Assembly (NCBI GenBank): GCA_032718475.1
Contig: JAUCBJ010000208.1
Location: 1-59,969 of the forward strand
Source of the DNA: Nemertoderma westbladi
Lineage: Eukaryota; Animalia; Xenacoelomorpha
Direction: 5' to 3'
DNA length: 59,969 nucleotides
The notes beneath the pieces are model-generated. The model ran no database searches. It was not told where the DNA came from and was given only the letters and a program-made list of their open reading frames with translations. Numbering within the stretch: the first letter of the stretch is position 1; the number at the start of each line of letters is the position of its first letter. Below, one piece after another: positions 11,879-23,600 of the stretch. The position numbers and the translations under genes are program-made.

Positions 11879-14800
11879 CAGCTAATTATGACAAACGACA
11901 ATGATAATGACATTAACGAGGTCATTATTATCGAACCAGTTTTCCCACCACCATTAAGAGAAAATCCCGAAGAGTTTCCTACCACTCATATAAACTCTCA
12001 TGATGTCACTATTATATCACCCATTGAACCTCCACCGTCATATTCAACAGTTTATGCGTGGGCGGTCAACAAGATAATGTTGGATCGCAAAAATTCAAAG
12101 GGAGTTACTCAAGGTATCACGTGTAGCACACCAGCTGTCACTCGGAGTAACATGTGTAAGACAACAGGTGTCACTCAAAGTCAAAGCGAAATGACGTGTA
12201 ACACACCAGCTGGCAAAGTAGATGAAATTAAGCCGTCATTCAATAACACAACTGGTGGGGATTTGTTCTCGAGTTATGAAGGTTCTGATTCTCCTCTACC
12301 TTGTGGTCAACTTCCTACAAATATACCATCTTCCAACCCGTTGTCTAATAATACAATAAGTCGAACTTTGTCCAATCTGTTATCTAACAATTCAATAAGT
12401 CATTCTTCATCCAATCCTTTGTCTAATAATCCAATAACTCATTCATTATCTAGTAATTTATTAAGTCCTCCAATTAGTTCACCATCTTCTAATCCATTAT
12501 CCAACAACTCAATAAGTTTATCTCCCTCTAATCCCTTGTCTTACAATCCAGTGAGTCATCATTTATCTAATACGCCATCTAACAATAATTCACTAATATG
12601 CAACACTCATGATGACACATTTTATGACTTATCAGAAAGTTTTTTACAGCCTTCCAAAGCCTTCCTGCAGTCCCAGAGCTGTAGTACACCTGGTAACAAT
12701 GGATTGGAACATTTACGTGGTGTAGTTGATGGTATTACCCCGCTATCCACTCATGATGGCGGATCATTCAGTCAGCTGGTGAAGAGACGTGATCGAAACT
12801 CATTGCGACGTATTCTGGTTAACCAACTGCAACGGCAACATGAGATGCAAGCGACTCCAAAACCTGAGCGAAAAACTGACACATCAGGAATACAAAACAC
12901 CCCAGATAACCTGTTTGGGTGTAAGTTTGCCAATCAAAAGGATTCGGACATGGCATTTGAAAGTCAACACGAAAATCAGCACTTGACATTGATGAGTTTG
13001 GAGTTAATGTGTCGACATCGGAGGGATCTGACAGCCGACCCTGCAACCGATCCTATTCTCGGTCTCTTTGTCACAATCCGAGACGACGATCATGCTCTAA
13101 TAGGTGACGAGTTTATAACAAAGTGCTTCTTGGTCGTCCCTCCTGATGCTTTTACAGATGTGTCTGAATTAAACACACCAACATTCATTCGTAAGTTCAC
13201 CAGATCCCCGGATTTAGTTCCCAATTGTAGATTAGTTGCTTCCGAGGTGGAGCTGTTAGAATCATTCATTGAGTATTTGATTGAGTGGGATCCAGATATT
13301 GTAGTTGGATACGACATTATCAAACATTCCTGGGGTTATTTAGCCCAACGAGCAAGTTCTCTTGGAGTATCCGACTTTTACCAGCGACTGGGTCGGGTCC
13401 CAATGGGTCCATGTGATCGAACCCCCATGGGATTGGCAGACCTCCATATCCCCGGTCGTATATCGCTAAACCTATGGCGGGTCCTCCGCAGCGAGTTGAC
13501 ACTGACGTCATACACATTGGAGTCTACAGCATTCCACGTACTCCATCGTAGACTCCCATTGTACTCGGCTCGCACCCTCGCAGACTGGTACGACCACCGC
13601 TCCGGACGCCTGCGCTGGCGCACCCTCATCTACCATCGCGAATGTAGTCTCATCGACCTCCAACTCATTGACAGTCTTGGCATTGTTGCTCGCACTTCTG
13701 AGTTCGCTCGCATTTATGGCATCCTCTTCTATTCTGTTCTCTCGCGTGGCTCCCAGTACAGGGTAGAGTCAATGATGTTGCGACTAGCTAAGCCTCGGGA
13801 CTTCCTGGCTTTGTCCCCATCCCCGGCCCAACGGGCTCACCAACGAGCCCCTGAAGCGATCCCATTGGTTATGGAACCAGAGTCCCACTTCTACACAGAC
13901 CCAGTCATCGTCCTAGACTTCCAGTCTCTCTACCCCAGTATTATGATCGCTTACAACTACTGCTACTCAACATGTCTAGGTCGTGTCGAGCTCCTCACCA
14001 ATGAAGACGAGTTCCCTTTGGGAGCATCCAGATTGGTTGTACAGCGATCGGATTTGTGCGATATCGGGCGTCGTTACTCTGTTTCACCAAACGGCATTGC
14101 CTTTGTCAATCCATCTGTTCGTAAAGGAATTATATGCCAAATGGTCGAGGAAATCCTGGAAACGCGAATTCTTATGAAACAGTTGATGAAGAAATACCGC
14201 GATAGACCGAATTTAGTGAAGGTCCTTGATGCGCGGCAGTTGGGACTGAAACTGATAGCTAACGTTACATATGGTTATACTGGGGCCACCTTCTCAGGTA
14301 GAATGCCGTGTGTGGACATTGCTGATAGTATTGTAAGGAAGGCCAGAGAGACATTAGAGCGCGCCATACAGTTGGTTAACAGCAACGTTGATTGGGGTGC
14401 CAGAGTAGTCTATGGCGATACAGACAGTCTCTTTGTCCTCCTCAAAGGAGCCTCCAAAGAACGTGCCTTTCAACTTTCTGAGGAAATCATTAACGCGGTA
14501 ACCCAATCCAATCCAGCCCCTATTAAACTAAAGTTTGAGAAGGTTTATCTTCCCTGCGTTTTGCAGACCAAGAAACGTTACTCGGGCTATGCTTGGGAAT
14601 CAGTCGACCAGAAACTTCCGACGTTTGATGCTAAAGGGATAGAGACAGTCCGGCGGGATGCTTGTCCGGCTGTTGCTAAGATACTGGAGAAATCCTTGAG
14701 GATTCTATACGAGACAGGGAGGGTTGGTCCTGTGAGGAGTTATGTGGAACTGCAGTGGACCAAACTATTGGAGAACCGAGTCAGTCTCCAAGACTTAACG

Positions 14801-15508
14801 TTTGCCAGGGAGTACCGTGGGGCCGCCTCATACAAACCTGGATGCTCATATGTTCCCAGCTTGTTATTGGCTAAGAGGTTTGTCCAATCGGATCCACGTT
14901 CTGAGCCCCAGACTGGGGAACGCGTTCCTTTCGTTATTGTGAACGGACAACCCGGGCAGCCTCTCTACCAACTGGTCCATTCCGTTCAGGACTTTCTCAA
15001 CAACAACAATCAACTCTCCATCAACCACACTTACTACATCACCAAACAGATAATTCCTCCATTACAACGTGTGTTCTCCTTATTGGACGAGAGCGTTCCG
15101 TCTTGGTACCGGAGTTGGCCGCGTGCCACTCGGTTCCCCTCCGGCGTTCCCTCTTACCCCAACACAACGGGTTCCATCGTTCCCTTCCTACAACGTTGGG
15201 ACTGCCTTGTCTGCCAGCAGCGACTCACCCAACGTGGTGTTTGCGACGACTGTCTGACAGATCCCGGTAACGCAACTACTACCCTGGTATGTCGTCTCAG
15301 GGACGCCCAGCGATGCGTCGCTATGGTTACAGAGTTGTGCACGCATTGTGTCGGTTGCCAGGATACCAGTCAGTACTGTATTTCTTTGGATTGTCCTATT
15401 TATTACAAACTCCATCGAATGAAACAACGATGTAGCAATTCGAAACATCTGTTGGACGTTATTACTTCTATATCGCCTCCTGTATCTATTAAATCCACTG
15501 ATAAATGA
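11879..15508 (+). CDS. REV3L: DNA polymerase zeta catalytic subunit, REV7-binding + inactive exonuclease + polymerase + C-terminal Cys modules (~1206 aa)
   Basis: Two PxxxPP REV7-binding-like motifs (IIEPVFPPP, IISPIEPPP), SRGSQYRVES, LDFQSLYPS, KLIANVTYGY, YGDTDS, CysA CLVC..CDDC and CysB CTHC..CISLDC. Open frame starts after TAG 11876-11878; tandem acceptor ttttgTAG/CAG; first ATG 11888. Confidence 0.95.
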   Translation, partial: QLIMTNDNDNDINEVIIIEPVFPPPLRENPEEFPTTHINSHDVTIISPIEPPPSYSTVYAWAVNKIMLDRKNSKGVTQGITCSTPAVTRSNMCKTTGVTQSQSEMTCNTPAGKVDEIKPSFNNTTGGDLFSSYEGSDSPLPCGQLPTNIPSSNPLSNNTISRTLSNLLSNNSISHSSSNPLSNNPITHSLSSNLLSPPISSPSSNPLSNNSISLSPSNPLSYNPVSHHLSNTPSNNNSLICNTHDDTFYDLSESFLQPSKAFLQSQSCSTPGNNGLEHLRGVVDGITPLSTHDGGSFSQLVKRRDRNSLRRILVNQLQRQHEMQATPKPERKTDTSGIQNTPDNLFGCKFANQKDSDMAFESQHENQHLTLMSLELMCRHRRDLTADPATDPILGLFVTIRDDDHALIGDEFITKCFLVVPPDAFTDVSELNTPTFIRKFTRSPDLVPNCRLVASEVELLESFIEYLIEWDPDIVVGYDIIKHSWGYLAQRASSLGVSDFYQRLGRVPMGPCDRTPMGLADLHIPGRISLNLWRVLRSELTLTSYTLESTAFHVLHRRLPLYSARTLADWYDHRSGRLRWRTLIYHRECSLIDLQLIDSLGIVARTSEFARIYGILFYSVLSRGSQYRVESMMLRLAKPRDFLALSPSPAQRAHQRAPEAIPLVMEPESHFYTDPVIVLDFQSLYPSIMIAYNYCYSTCLGRVELLTNEDEFPLGASRLVVQRSDLCDIGRRYSVSPNGIAFVNPSVRKGIICQMVEEILETRILMKQLMKKYRDRPNLVKVLDARQLGLKLIANVTYGYTGATFSGRMPCVDIADSIVRKARETLERAIQLVNSNVDWGARVVYGDTDSLFVLLKGASKERAFQLSEEIINAVTQSNPAPIKLKFEKVYLPCVLQTKKRYSGYAWESVDQKLPTFDAKGIETVRRDACPAVAKILEKSLRILYETGRVGPVRSYVELQWTKLLENRVSLQDLTFAREYRGAASYKPGCSYVPSLLLAKRFVQSDPRSEPQTGERVPFVIVNGQPGQPLYQLVHSVQDFLNNNNQLSINHTYYITKQIIPPLQRVFSLLDESVPSWYRSWPRATRFPSGVPSYPNTTGSIVPFLQRWDCLVCQQRLTQRGVCDDCLTDPGNATTTLVCRLRDAQRCVAMVTELCTHCVGCQDTSQYCISLDCPIYYKLHRMKQRCSNSKHLLDVITSISPPVSIKSTDK

Positions 15509-16148
15509 CGCCATTTTAGATAGATTTGTTTGTTTGTGATATATCGTTTGTGCAATGTTATGAATAGATAACTTTGTAATGATGATATATTTAATAATTA
15601 GTATTTAATTTGGAACTTCCTTGTATGTTATGAAGCATTTACTGGTAATCAGTTTGATTTATAGTAAAGCTTAGAATATTATATCCCTCCTATGCCTAGA
15701 ATAATGCGGATAGAAAGCCATGTTGGATAGGAAGTTGTGGCGGTGCAACTTGTTTGTTTATGTGTATTGCGAATGTGCGATGTCCGCATTCTAGAAAACA
15801 ATAATTTGTCAACTATTACTGCATTATTATTACAACTATGTAATTTAAATGTATCTGTAACTAATTTTTCTGAAACTTTTAGTAATTAAGTTCTGTCAGT
15901 CAGTATGTAGTCCTACCTATTGTAACTTTAGTTAAATGGATTTCGAGTTTGATGGGGAGATTTATTGAAAAAATAACAACGTAATTGTACTTTAATAAAG
16001 TAGCAATTAATTAGATAGAGGTTAATACATATGTCATATGGCCTATCTACATGTATTGTGATATTTTGTGTAATTTTCATCACAAAACTGAAGCGTCCAT
16101 ATTCTACAGTTATTATAATATTAAATAAGTTTTAAGAAAAACAAGTAA

Positions 16149-16338
16149 AGCCGCGTTCACACTACCGAGTCAAAGTCAAAAGACAAAATTAAAAGAAAGT
16201 AAATATAGCTAGCAATAATAATAATAATACTAAATACATAATATAATATAATAAATAAGGCCTTTCTAGAAATAATTATATTTCATTTGATGTGTTTTAC
16301 TTGTCTTTTGACTTTGACTGGGTAGTGTGAACGCGGCG
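16149..16338. mobile_element. PIF/Harbinger-like MITE, 190 bp
   Basis: TIRs agccgcgttcacactaccgagtcaaagtcaaaagacaa / ttgtcttttgactttgactgggtagtgtgaacgcggcg, TAA on both flanks (16146-16148, 16339-16341). Confidence 0.8.
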
Positions 16339-17087
16339 TAAATATAAATGAATTCGATCAAGACGACAAAATTGAAACTTTCATTAAATAAAAAGGCTAG
16401 AGTTCCGTATAGCAGCAGCACTACATATTTAAAACATATATCACTGTTACTATGGCAATGTTGAAGAGTTCTATAACTAAAGAAAAATATTATATACTAT
16501 TCTAGAACATAAATAAATAAAAAATATAATGATCTAGAACATAAATTTAAAAAAAATTTATTTTTAAATAGATTTCTGAATACAAATTAATATTGATTAT
16601 AGAGTTTTTGTATACCGATATAACTAATTAATTAATTTATCCATTGGGTATTGGCTTTGGTTGGCCTTGGTTTTGGTTGGCTTTGGTTTGGTAATCACCT
16701 ATTTCAATTTTATGGCAAAAATTTTTAATAAAAAAAAATGAATGAATGAATGAATTTCTCAGTTACTGTCAGTAGGTGTGTACCAAACGCAAAAGTGACA
16801 ACACTTTAGTATTGCGTTTGGTACACATCAATTTATTAAGAAAAAAAAGACAATTTTGGATATTTTTTTTAAGAATGTAGAAAATTTAAGGAAAAGAAAA
16901 ATATCAATTGTAATTTGATAAATATAAAAAAAATTTGGCTAGAGTTCCGTACGTCCCCCCATTTTTAAAATGACTTGAATTGCCCGTGTATTGTCATTTA
17001 ATGTTATGGAATAGATTTTTTATACCTATAATATATACTATATATGTACTATATATATAATATTATATATTTATATATATAATATGC

Positions 17088-19690
17088 CAGCAACAATTAC
17101 TTCTGGTATTCCATAAGCTCTTAGGATTTCAAGCATTTTATCTCTATGGATTGAGTCGAATGCCTTCTTGAAGACCACAAAAGTCATGACTGCGGGGAGG
17201 TTCTTTGACTTAATTCCTTCAATCAGTCTCCGTAGTGCAAGTATCTGAGCTAATTGTTGATCTACTTGGTCGAAATCCGTTTTGGCTCTTACGCAGTAGT
17301 TTCTCTATGTGAGGCCTAATCCTATATAGAATCATTTTATTGTATATTTTGGCAGCCACCACATGCAGACAGATCCCACGATAGTTTGTTGGTATGCCGA
17401 GATCGCCTTTCTTGGGGAGAGGCTTTAGTTAACCTTTAATCCAAATTGGTGGTAGCTTTTCCCCTTTTAACATCCGGTTGCAAACATTCAATAATGGTCT
17501 ATTTAGCACTCCGGTTTTCCATACCTCCGCTGGGATTTCATCTAATCCACTCGCTTTATTATTGGACATGCTTTTAATGCTTCTTCGGAGTTCGTCAGGT
17601 GTGAAGTCCCCTGTTTCTATAGGTAGTGTCTTGTCATATATTTTCCTTGTAGGGCTGACCTCGATGTTTGGTGGCTGCCCAAGCAAGTTGCTGAAGTGAT
17701 CTTTCCACTTCCCAAAACGTTCTTCAGGACTATCGGCTTTTAGGCGCCCCTTTGCACAACTTTTCCGACCAGATACCTCATTTACAGTTTTCCAGGTAAG
17801 TCTGGATTGTTGCTGTATGTGAGCAGTTGTAATTGATTCAATTTTATCCTGTATGTACTTTTCCTGGCTGATGTTGTAGGCCAATTTAAGATCGTCCTTA
17901 GCTTTCTCAGCCTTGTCAATGATCTTCTCTCTTACAAGTAACCTCAGTACAGATTTGCTCGGCATATACTGTTTTCGTTTGGGTTTCTGGGGGATATATA
18001 CAGTATATTCATATTCAATCCGGCATAAGGCCCCGGCGGCTTTAATTGAGTAAAATGGTCTGCCATGTTAAATAAAACTAGTAATCCGCACCAATGACTG
18101 ACATAAAATCAATTGTGTACAAAATTAAATATAAACAAGTTAATCATGTTATTAATTAACCAAAACGGTGGCTGGTGGGTTATGTAGTATGTACAACAAG
18201 CATAGTCCCAGTGCCAATGTATTCCCCACCCTATAGTTTGGGGGCGAGCCACGTAATGGGCGATGAGTTACTATAGAGCGGCGAAATCGGCTACCTCCTT
18301 TATGCCTCTTAGCTGATTCCTTGTGGGCTGTTATCATATTCTGGTATATTGAATCGGTGGATTGGTCTTCATCCATTGACTGAAGTGCTTCAAAGCGGTT
18401 TTGAACTTCTACTGTGTAAGCATCCTTTACAGCATTGTCAGTTCTGAGTTTCTCAGAATAGTTGATTTGCTTGCTTGTCCTGGGTTTGCTGGCTCTCAAA
18501 CTGAGTCTGATCTCTGCAGTCACAATTCTGTGGTCCGAACCAATTAGGTCGAACGAGCTGTATGCCTCACAGTTGATCATGCTGTTTCTCCACTTTTTGT
18601 TTATAAGGATGTAATCCAGTTGTGCCTTGGTTCTATTAGGGTATTGAAAGGTCCATAGCTTCCCCTTACTCTTTTAGAACGTGTTATGTGTTGGTATCAA
18701 TTCATATGTTTCCATTAGGTCTAAAAGTAAGTACCCATTTCTGCTAGAACTGGTGTTATAGGTGTAACCCTAGATGTCTTCTTGGCCAATTTGCGCATTC
18801 AGGTCACCAGCAATGACCTTAACATTGTGTTTCGGAATGTCCTTTATAAGTCCAGTCAGTTCTTCATAAAACTTGACTGCTTGTTCTGGCTCTGAGGCAT
18901 TGGTTGGACCGCAGCAACATATTACTGTTGTCTTGGGATTCCCCTCAAATGTTGCTATCATAACCCTGGGATTTATAGATTCGATGTTGTTTAGGGTCTT
19001 AAGTGCAAATGGGATTAGCAGAATTCATACTCCACCAATTGATGCATTGGCCGAGTTTCTTACTGCTGAGCTTGTTACTAACGTCCATCCATTTCCAATG
19101 TCATTGTACTTCATGGCAGTGTCTTCATGAGAAATCCGATGTTCTTGGATGCAGATGATGTCGATATTATATTCCATTGCCAGAGCGACCATGTCACCCT
19201 GTTTGCTATGTGCTTTCAGCGTGCGTGCGTCCATTGTATCAATCTTTAGTGTCTTTTTACATTTCAACAGGTTGTTTCTTCTTTCTTCTCTGTCTTCTGT
19301 TCCAGTAGCCATTTTATCGACCCCAGCCTGGTGTACCACTGAGGGACGCAGTCCTTGTTGACCCGGGCGACGACCGAGCCGGTATTTCTCCTGGAGGGTT
19401 TTCATACTCATATCTTTCAGTTGCGAGAGTAAACCGCTTGTGGTTGCAACTCCTACAAGCGTCTTCGCAGTAGGTCGCCGTTGGTTGAGTACCTTCCGCC
19501 GACCTTGTCAGCATGTCTAGCCGTTGGTTGATTACCTTCCGCCTATCCATGGCCTACAGCCCTGCTGCCGACTGTAGGGGTCCTTTTGTTACACCTTGAA
19601 CCAATGTGCCTCCTGGGTTAGGTTACCTAACACTGGTAGAGGAGCATCCAGTATAGACAGGGCGGGGCGTGTATCATCTCTATTGCAGAT
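17088..19690 (-). mobile_element. Decayed RTE-clade LINE: 5' UTR, AP endonuclease and N-terminal half of RT; 3' part missing
   Basis: Frameshifted pieces: DIICIQEHR, VIAGDLNAQIG, QLDYIL, GSDHRIV (endonuclease); NNKASGLDEIPAEVWK, PKKGDL..NYRGI, QNGFR, KKAFDSIHRDKMLEILRAYGIP (RT). Confidence 0.92.
17997..18300. mobile_element. ~300-bp insertion interrupting the RTE ORF
   Basis: Removing it restores ...ESAKRH-IPQKPKRKQ... on the minus strand; TA at both junctions; family not recognised. Confidence 0.55.
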
Positions 19691-19854
19691 GCGTATCAAG
19701 CCTTTGCCTTCAATGGTGCCCTAGGCGCTATAGCCCTCAATGACTTATTTAGTTGACGTAAATAAAAGAGACATAAATAAACATAAAAAGACATAAATAA
19801 AGATATGGTATGGTAATAAAGATATAAATCGACAATAAAATTAAACCAAATATA

Positions 19855-20045
19855 GATTTGTGGAACCTTTGACGCTGGAACCTTTGACCGAGCTGCGGAA
19901 CCTTTGACACAATGTATGGAAGCCTTGAGCAGGCTGTGGAGTCGGAACCTTTTACCCATTTTGCCAAAGCTTTGACCAGGCTGTGGGACCTTATGAAAGC
20001 TTTAACCCAGTGGAAGCTTTTACACTGTGGAAACTTTGACCATAT
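19855..20045. repeat. Degenerate short-period repeats (ggaacctttgac), probably a subterminal array of a DNA transposon remnant
   Basis: ggaacctttgac and variants recur ~8 times. Confidence 0.5.
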
Positions 20046-20616
20046 GCGCCACATAATGGTACATACTCCAGGATGTTATCATTTTTCATAATATGATAAT
20101 CTAATGGGTCTCTAGGCTCTTGCCATTAGATAATTTTTCATGGCATAGAATGAAAAGCTGAATTAATCAATCAATTGGCAGTGTACAACATCGGCAATAG
20201 TTTAATGCCAAAACCCAGCATCATGGGTCACTCCAATTGTAGAACTGATCAATATGATTTTGTTTTATGAGAACCATCTGGCAATAAGAAATGTGAAGGT
20301 CAGTTATTGACATTCCAGAAACATAACGATTTTTGTTAATAATTTTTACAATAATTTTCAGAATGTCAAAATTAGAAAAATTTGTGTTGGGAATGTCTAT
20401 ACATTCAATTATTTAATACTAAATTTTAGTATAGGAAAGAACACGCTCAACATTTTATGCTATTTAATATATCGGTATCTAATTAAATTAATAGTATGCA
20501 ATAATAATGATATGTATCATAAATCAACATTAGGCCCCTCCTACATGATTACATGTAACTAGGTTATCTCATCTAAAGTAGTATCGTATGCAATAATGGC
20601 ATAATAACACTATTCA

Positions 20617-23600
20617 TTACATAACAATTGAATGAGTAGCTCTATACATTGAACTGAAGCGGGTATTCTCATCAGCCAGGAGCTTGGAAGGTTCGTCAAA
20701 CTCCACTAAATGGCCATCATCCATCACTAATATCTTATCCGAGTCTATAATTGTGTTTAGACGATGAGCGATGGTAAGTATAGTGCAATCTGAGAACTTA
20801 TCTCGAATGGTCTCTTGGATAATCCCATCAGTAGTGGCGTCTACATTGGCAGTAGCTTCATCCACAACAATAATTTTATTGTTCCTTAACAGCGCCCTGG
20901 CAAGGCAGATGAGCTGCCTCTCACCGACACTGTAATTAGAACCATATTCATCAACTTTTGACTGCAGTCCATTGTAATCATCATCTTCTTCACAAGGTAC
21001 TTTTACAGGCAGTGTTAATTTGACATCATTTTGATGGGAATTCTGAATGTCATCAGAGGAACCATCAGATTTCGCAGGTAGTTGACTATTGGATCGTTCT
21101 TTCACAAGGTCATACAATTTACAGTTTCTTAGGGCACTCCAAATTTGGGAATCTAAATATTCAGTAAATGGATCTAGATTGTAGCGTAATGTACCAGAAA
21201 ACAACACGGGATCCTGTGGAATTATTGACATGGATTTGCGTAAATCCTGTAATTGCAAATCGGCAGTATTACATCCTCCAACTAAAATAGTACCAGTCGT
21301 ATCAGTCAGTTGATAAAGTGCAGCTACAAGGGAACTTTTTCCAGCACCAGTGCGACCAACAATCCCTATTTTTTCTTTAGGTTTAACATGAAAAGAAACA
21401 TCAGTTAAAACTGATGGAAGATTACTGTCATAAAATAGATTTACATTTTTGAATTCAATTGAAGGATTATTTGAAATCCGATTTCTAGCATCATTTATAT
21501 GGCTGAATGTATTTCGTTCTTGATCCAATTTTGTATAACTATAAACTCTCCCTACAGAGGTCATTAACTCTTCAATTTCTGTTGAGAGTCTTAGCATATA
21601 TTGAAATGCGAATGAAAGTGTAGCTGCATACGTCAATGATAAACCTAAAGCTCCTGCATCAATATTAGATGCCAGTACAGCAGACAATGCTATAAGTGTA
21701 GTGAAGAAAACACATAGAAAACTATTGAAAAAACCAAACCATCTAGTTAATCCATTGTAAACAATCACCACTCGCAGATGTGAGTCAACGTTTCTAAAAA
21801 ATTCCTCTTGAAATCGAGAATTCGCACCAAATGCCCGGATAACTGCTAATCCTTCCAAAGATACAGATATGTGATGATAAATTGGAGTTCGAAAAGAACC
21901 TTCTAGTTTTTTCACTTGTTTCGATGTCCGTATGTAATACCTTCTAACAATTAGCATTATTATAAATAAAGGAACAACGGCAATTACCATCCAGAAATTC
22001 ATTACCATAACGAAGGCGACCATACAAATAATTCTGACACTATGATTCACCATATCATTCAATCTGTCTAACAGCATGCTGTCTATAATACAAATATCCT
22101 TGGAGAATTTATTTAAAATATCACCAACACTGTTTGTATCAAAAAAATAACATTTGGCTTTGAGGACTCGATTAAACATATCATTGTGCAGACGATAACC
22201 AGCATGAATAATACTTTTCAACAAAATACAAGCACCTAATGCACTAAGTAATAGTGTTAGTATTATTAGACAGCCATACACACCAATAATTGTGTGGTTG
22301 TTGACTTCCAAATCTAAAAATTTGGAAATGATTATTTCAAACATTCTGGAGTTTTCTTCTGATTGAACTTCTGTATTATTAAATGTAATCTGTGAAAAAT
22401 TGTAATAACTTATATTTTTCATCCCTCTATTGTTCAGACTATAGATAGACCATTGCGCCAACCACAGGTCACAAAAAATTGCCATGATCTCACCAATAAA
22501 AGTCATGAGTAATGCAGATATCAATATCTTTATATTAGTTGCTCTCAGGTAATATAAGTAATATCCATAAAAAGTTGGGGATTTTTGCACTTTAGTTTGA
22601 GTCTCAGGAATTTCATCTTTATGCATTTCATTATTTGTTACTGATGCAACAGTATCCACAGTACCCGTGTCATTCTGTGTTTGAGAATTTGGATCAATTA
22701 ATAGAAAGTTGATGCCATTGGATTCAAGCTGGGAAACCACATCATCATAATTTCCACTAGCTATCGTTTTCCCTTTGCTAAGGACAATAACACGAGATGC
22801 ATGCTTCGTAAATTGTACTTGATGTGTTACTAGGATAACAGTTTTATCACTTAGAAATTTTTGGATGCAATGTTCAAACAAATGAGTAGCTACATGTACA
22901 TCAACAGCTGATAATGGATCGTCTAGCAGATATATATCGGCTTCAACATATACTGCCCTGGCCAGGGAAATCCTAGCTTTTTGTCCCCCTGATAATGCAA
23001 GACCCCTTTCACCAACTAGAGATTCATCTCCATTAGGAAAAGCCTTTAAGTCATCTTCAAGAGCACACACATCAATGACTTTTTTAAAGCGTTTCTCACT
23101 ATACTCTGATCCGAATAGAATATTTTCTCTGATCGTTCCAGTGAACACCCAACCTTGTTGGGGTGTATAGCTCAGTTTCCCATTACACTTAACAATTCCA
23201 GAGTATAAAGGTAATTCACCAAGTATCACATTTAGTACAGATGACTTACCAGAACCAACTTCTCCGACAACACAAATTAATTCACCTGGCTGCTCTACAC
23301 TAAGACTAAAATCTGCAAGGATGGTTGCTGATCCTTCATCTTCTGATAAACTACTTTTTACATAAACATTATTAATATTTAGTACAAATTGTTCTTCTTT
23401 CTCCACAACCTGTTGTAGGCCTGACTCTGCCGCTACGTGTGATTCCAAATCTGCTTTATCCAATAAACATGAAGTATCCTCACCACCAGCCTTTATTGAT
23501 TCCAGGTTTTGTGAACGCACTTCTGTCAGAAGAAAATGCTCAATGCGTTTTACAGCTACGGCAAAAGTAATGCAACGTATGATACCAATCACAGCCCACG

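Noticed and set aside
19560-19690. HDV-like ribozyme in the RTE 5' UTR
   Set aside because: Some pairing around tgctcctc is visible, but spacing does not fit the P1-P2-P3 nested double pseudoknot.
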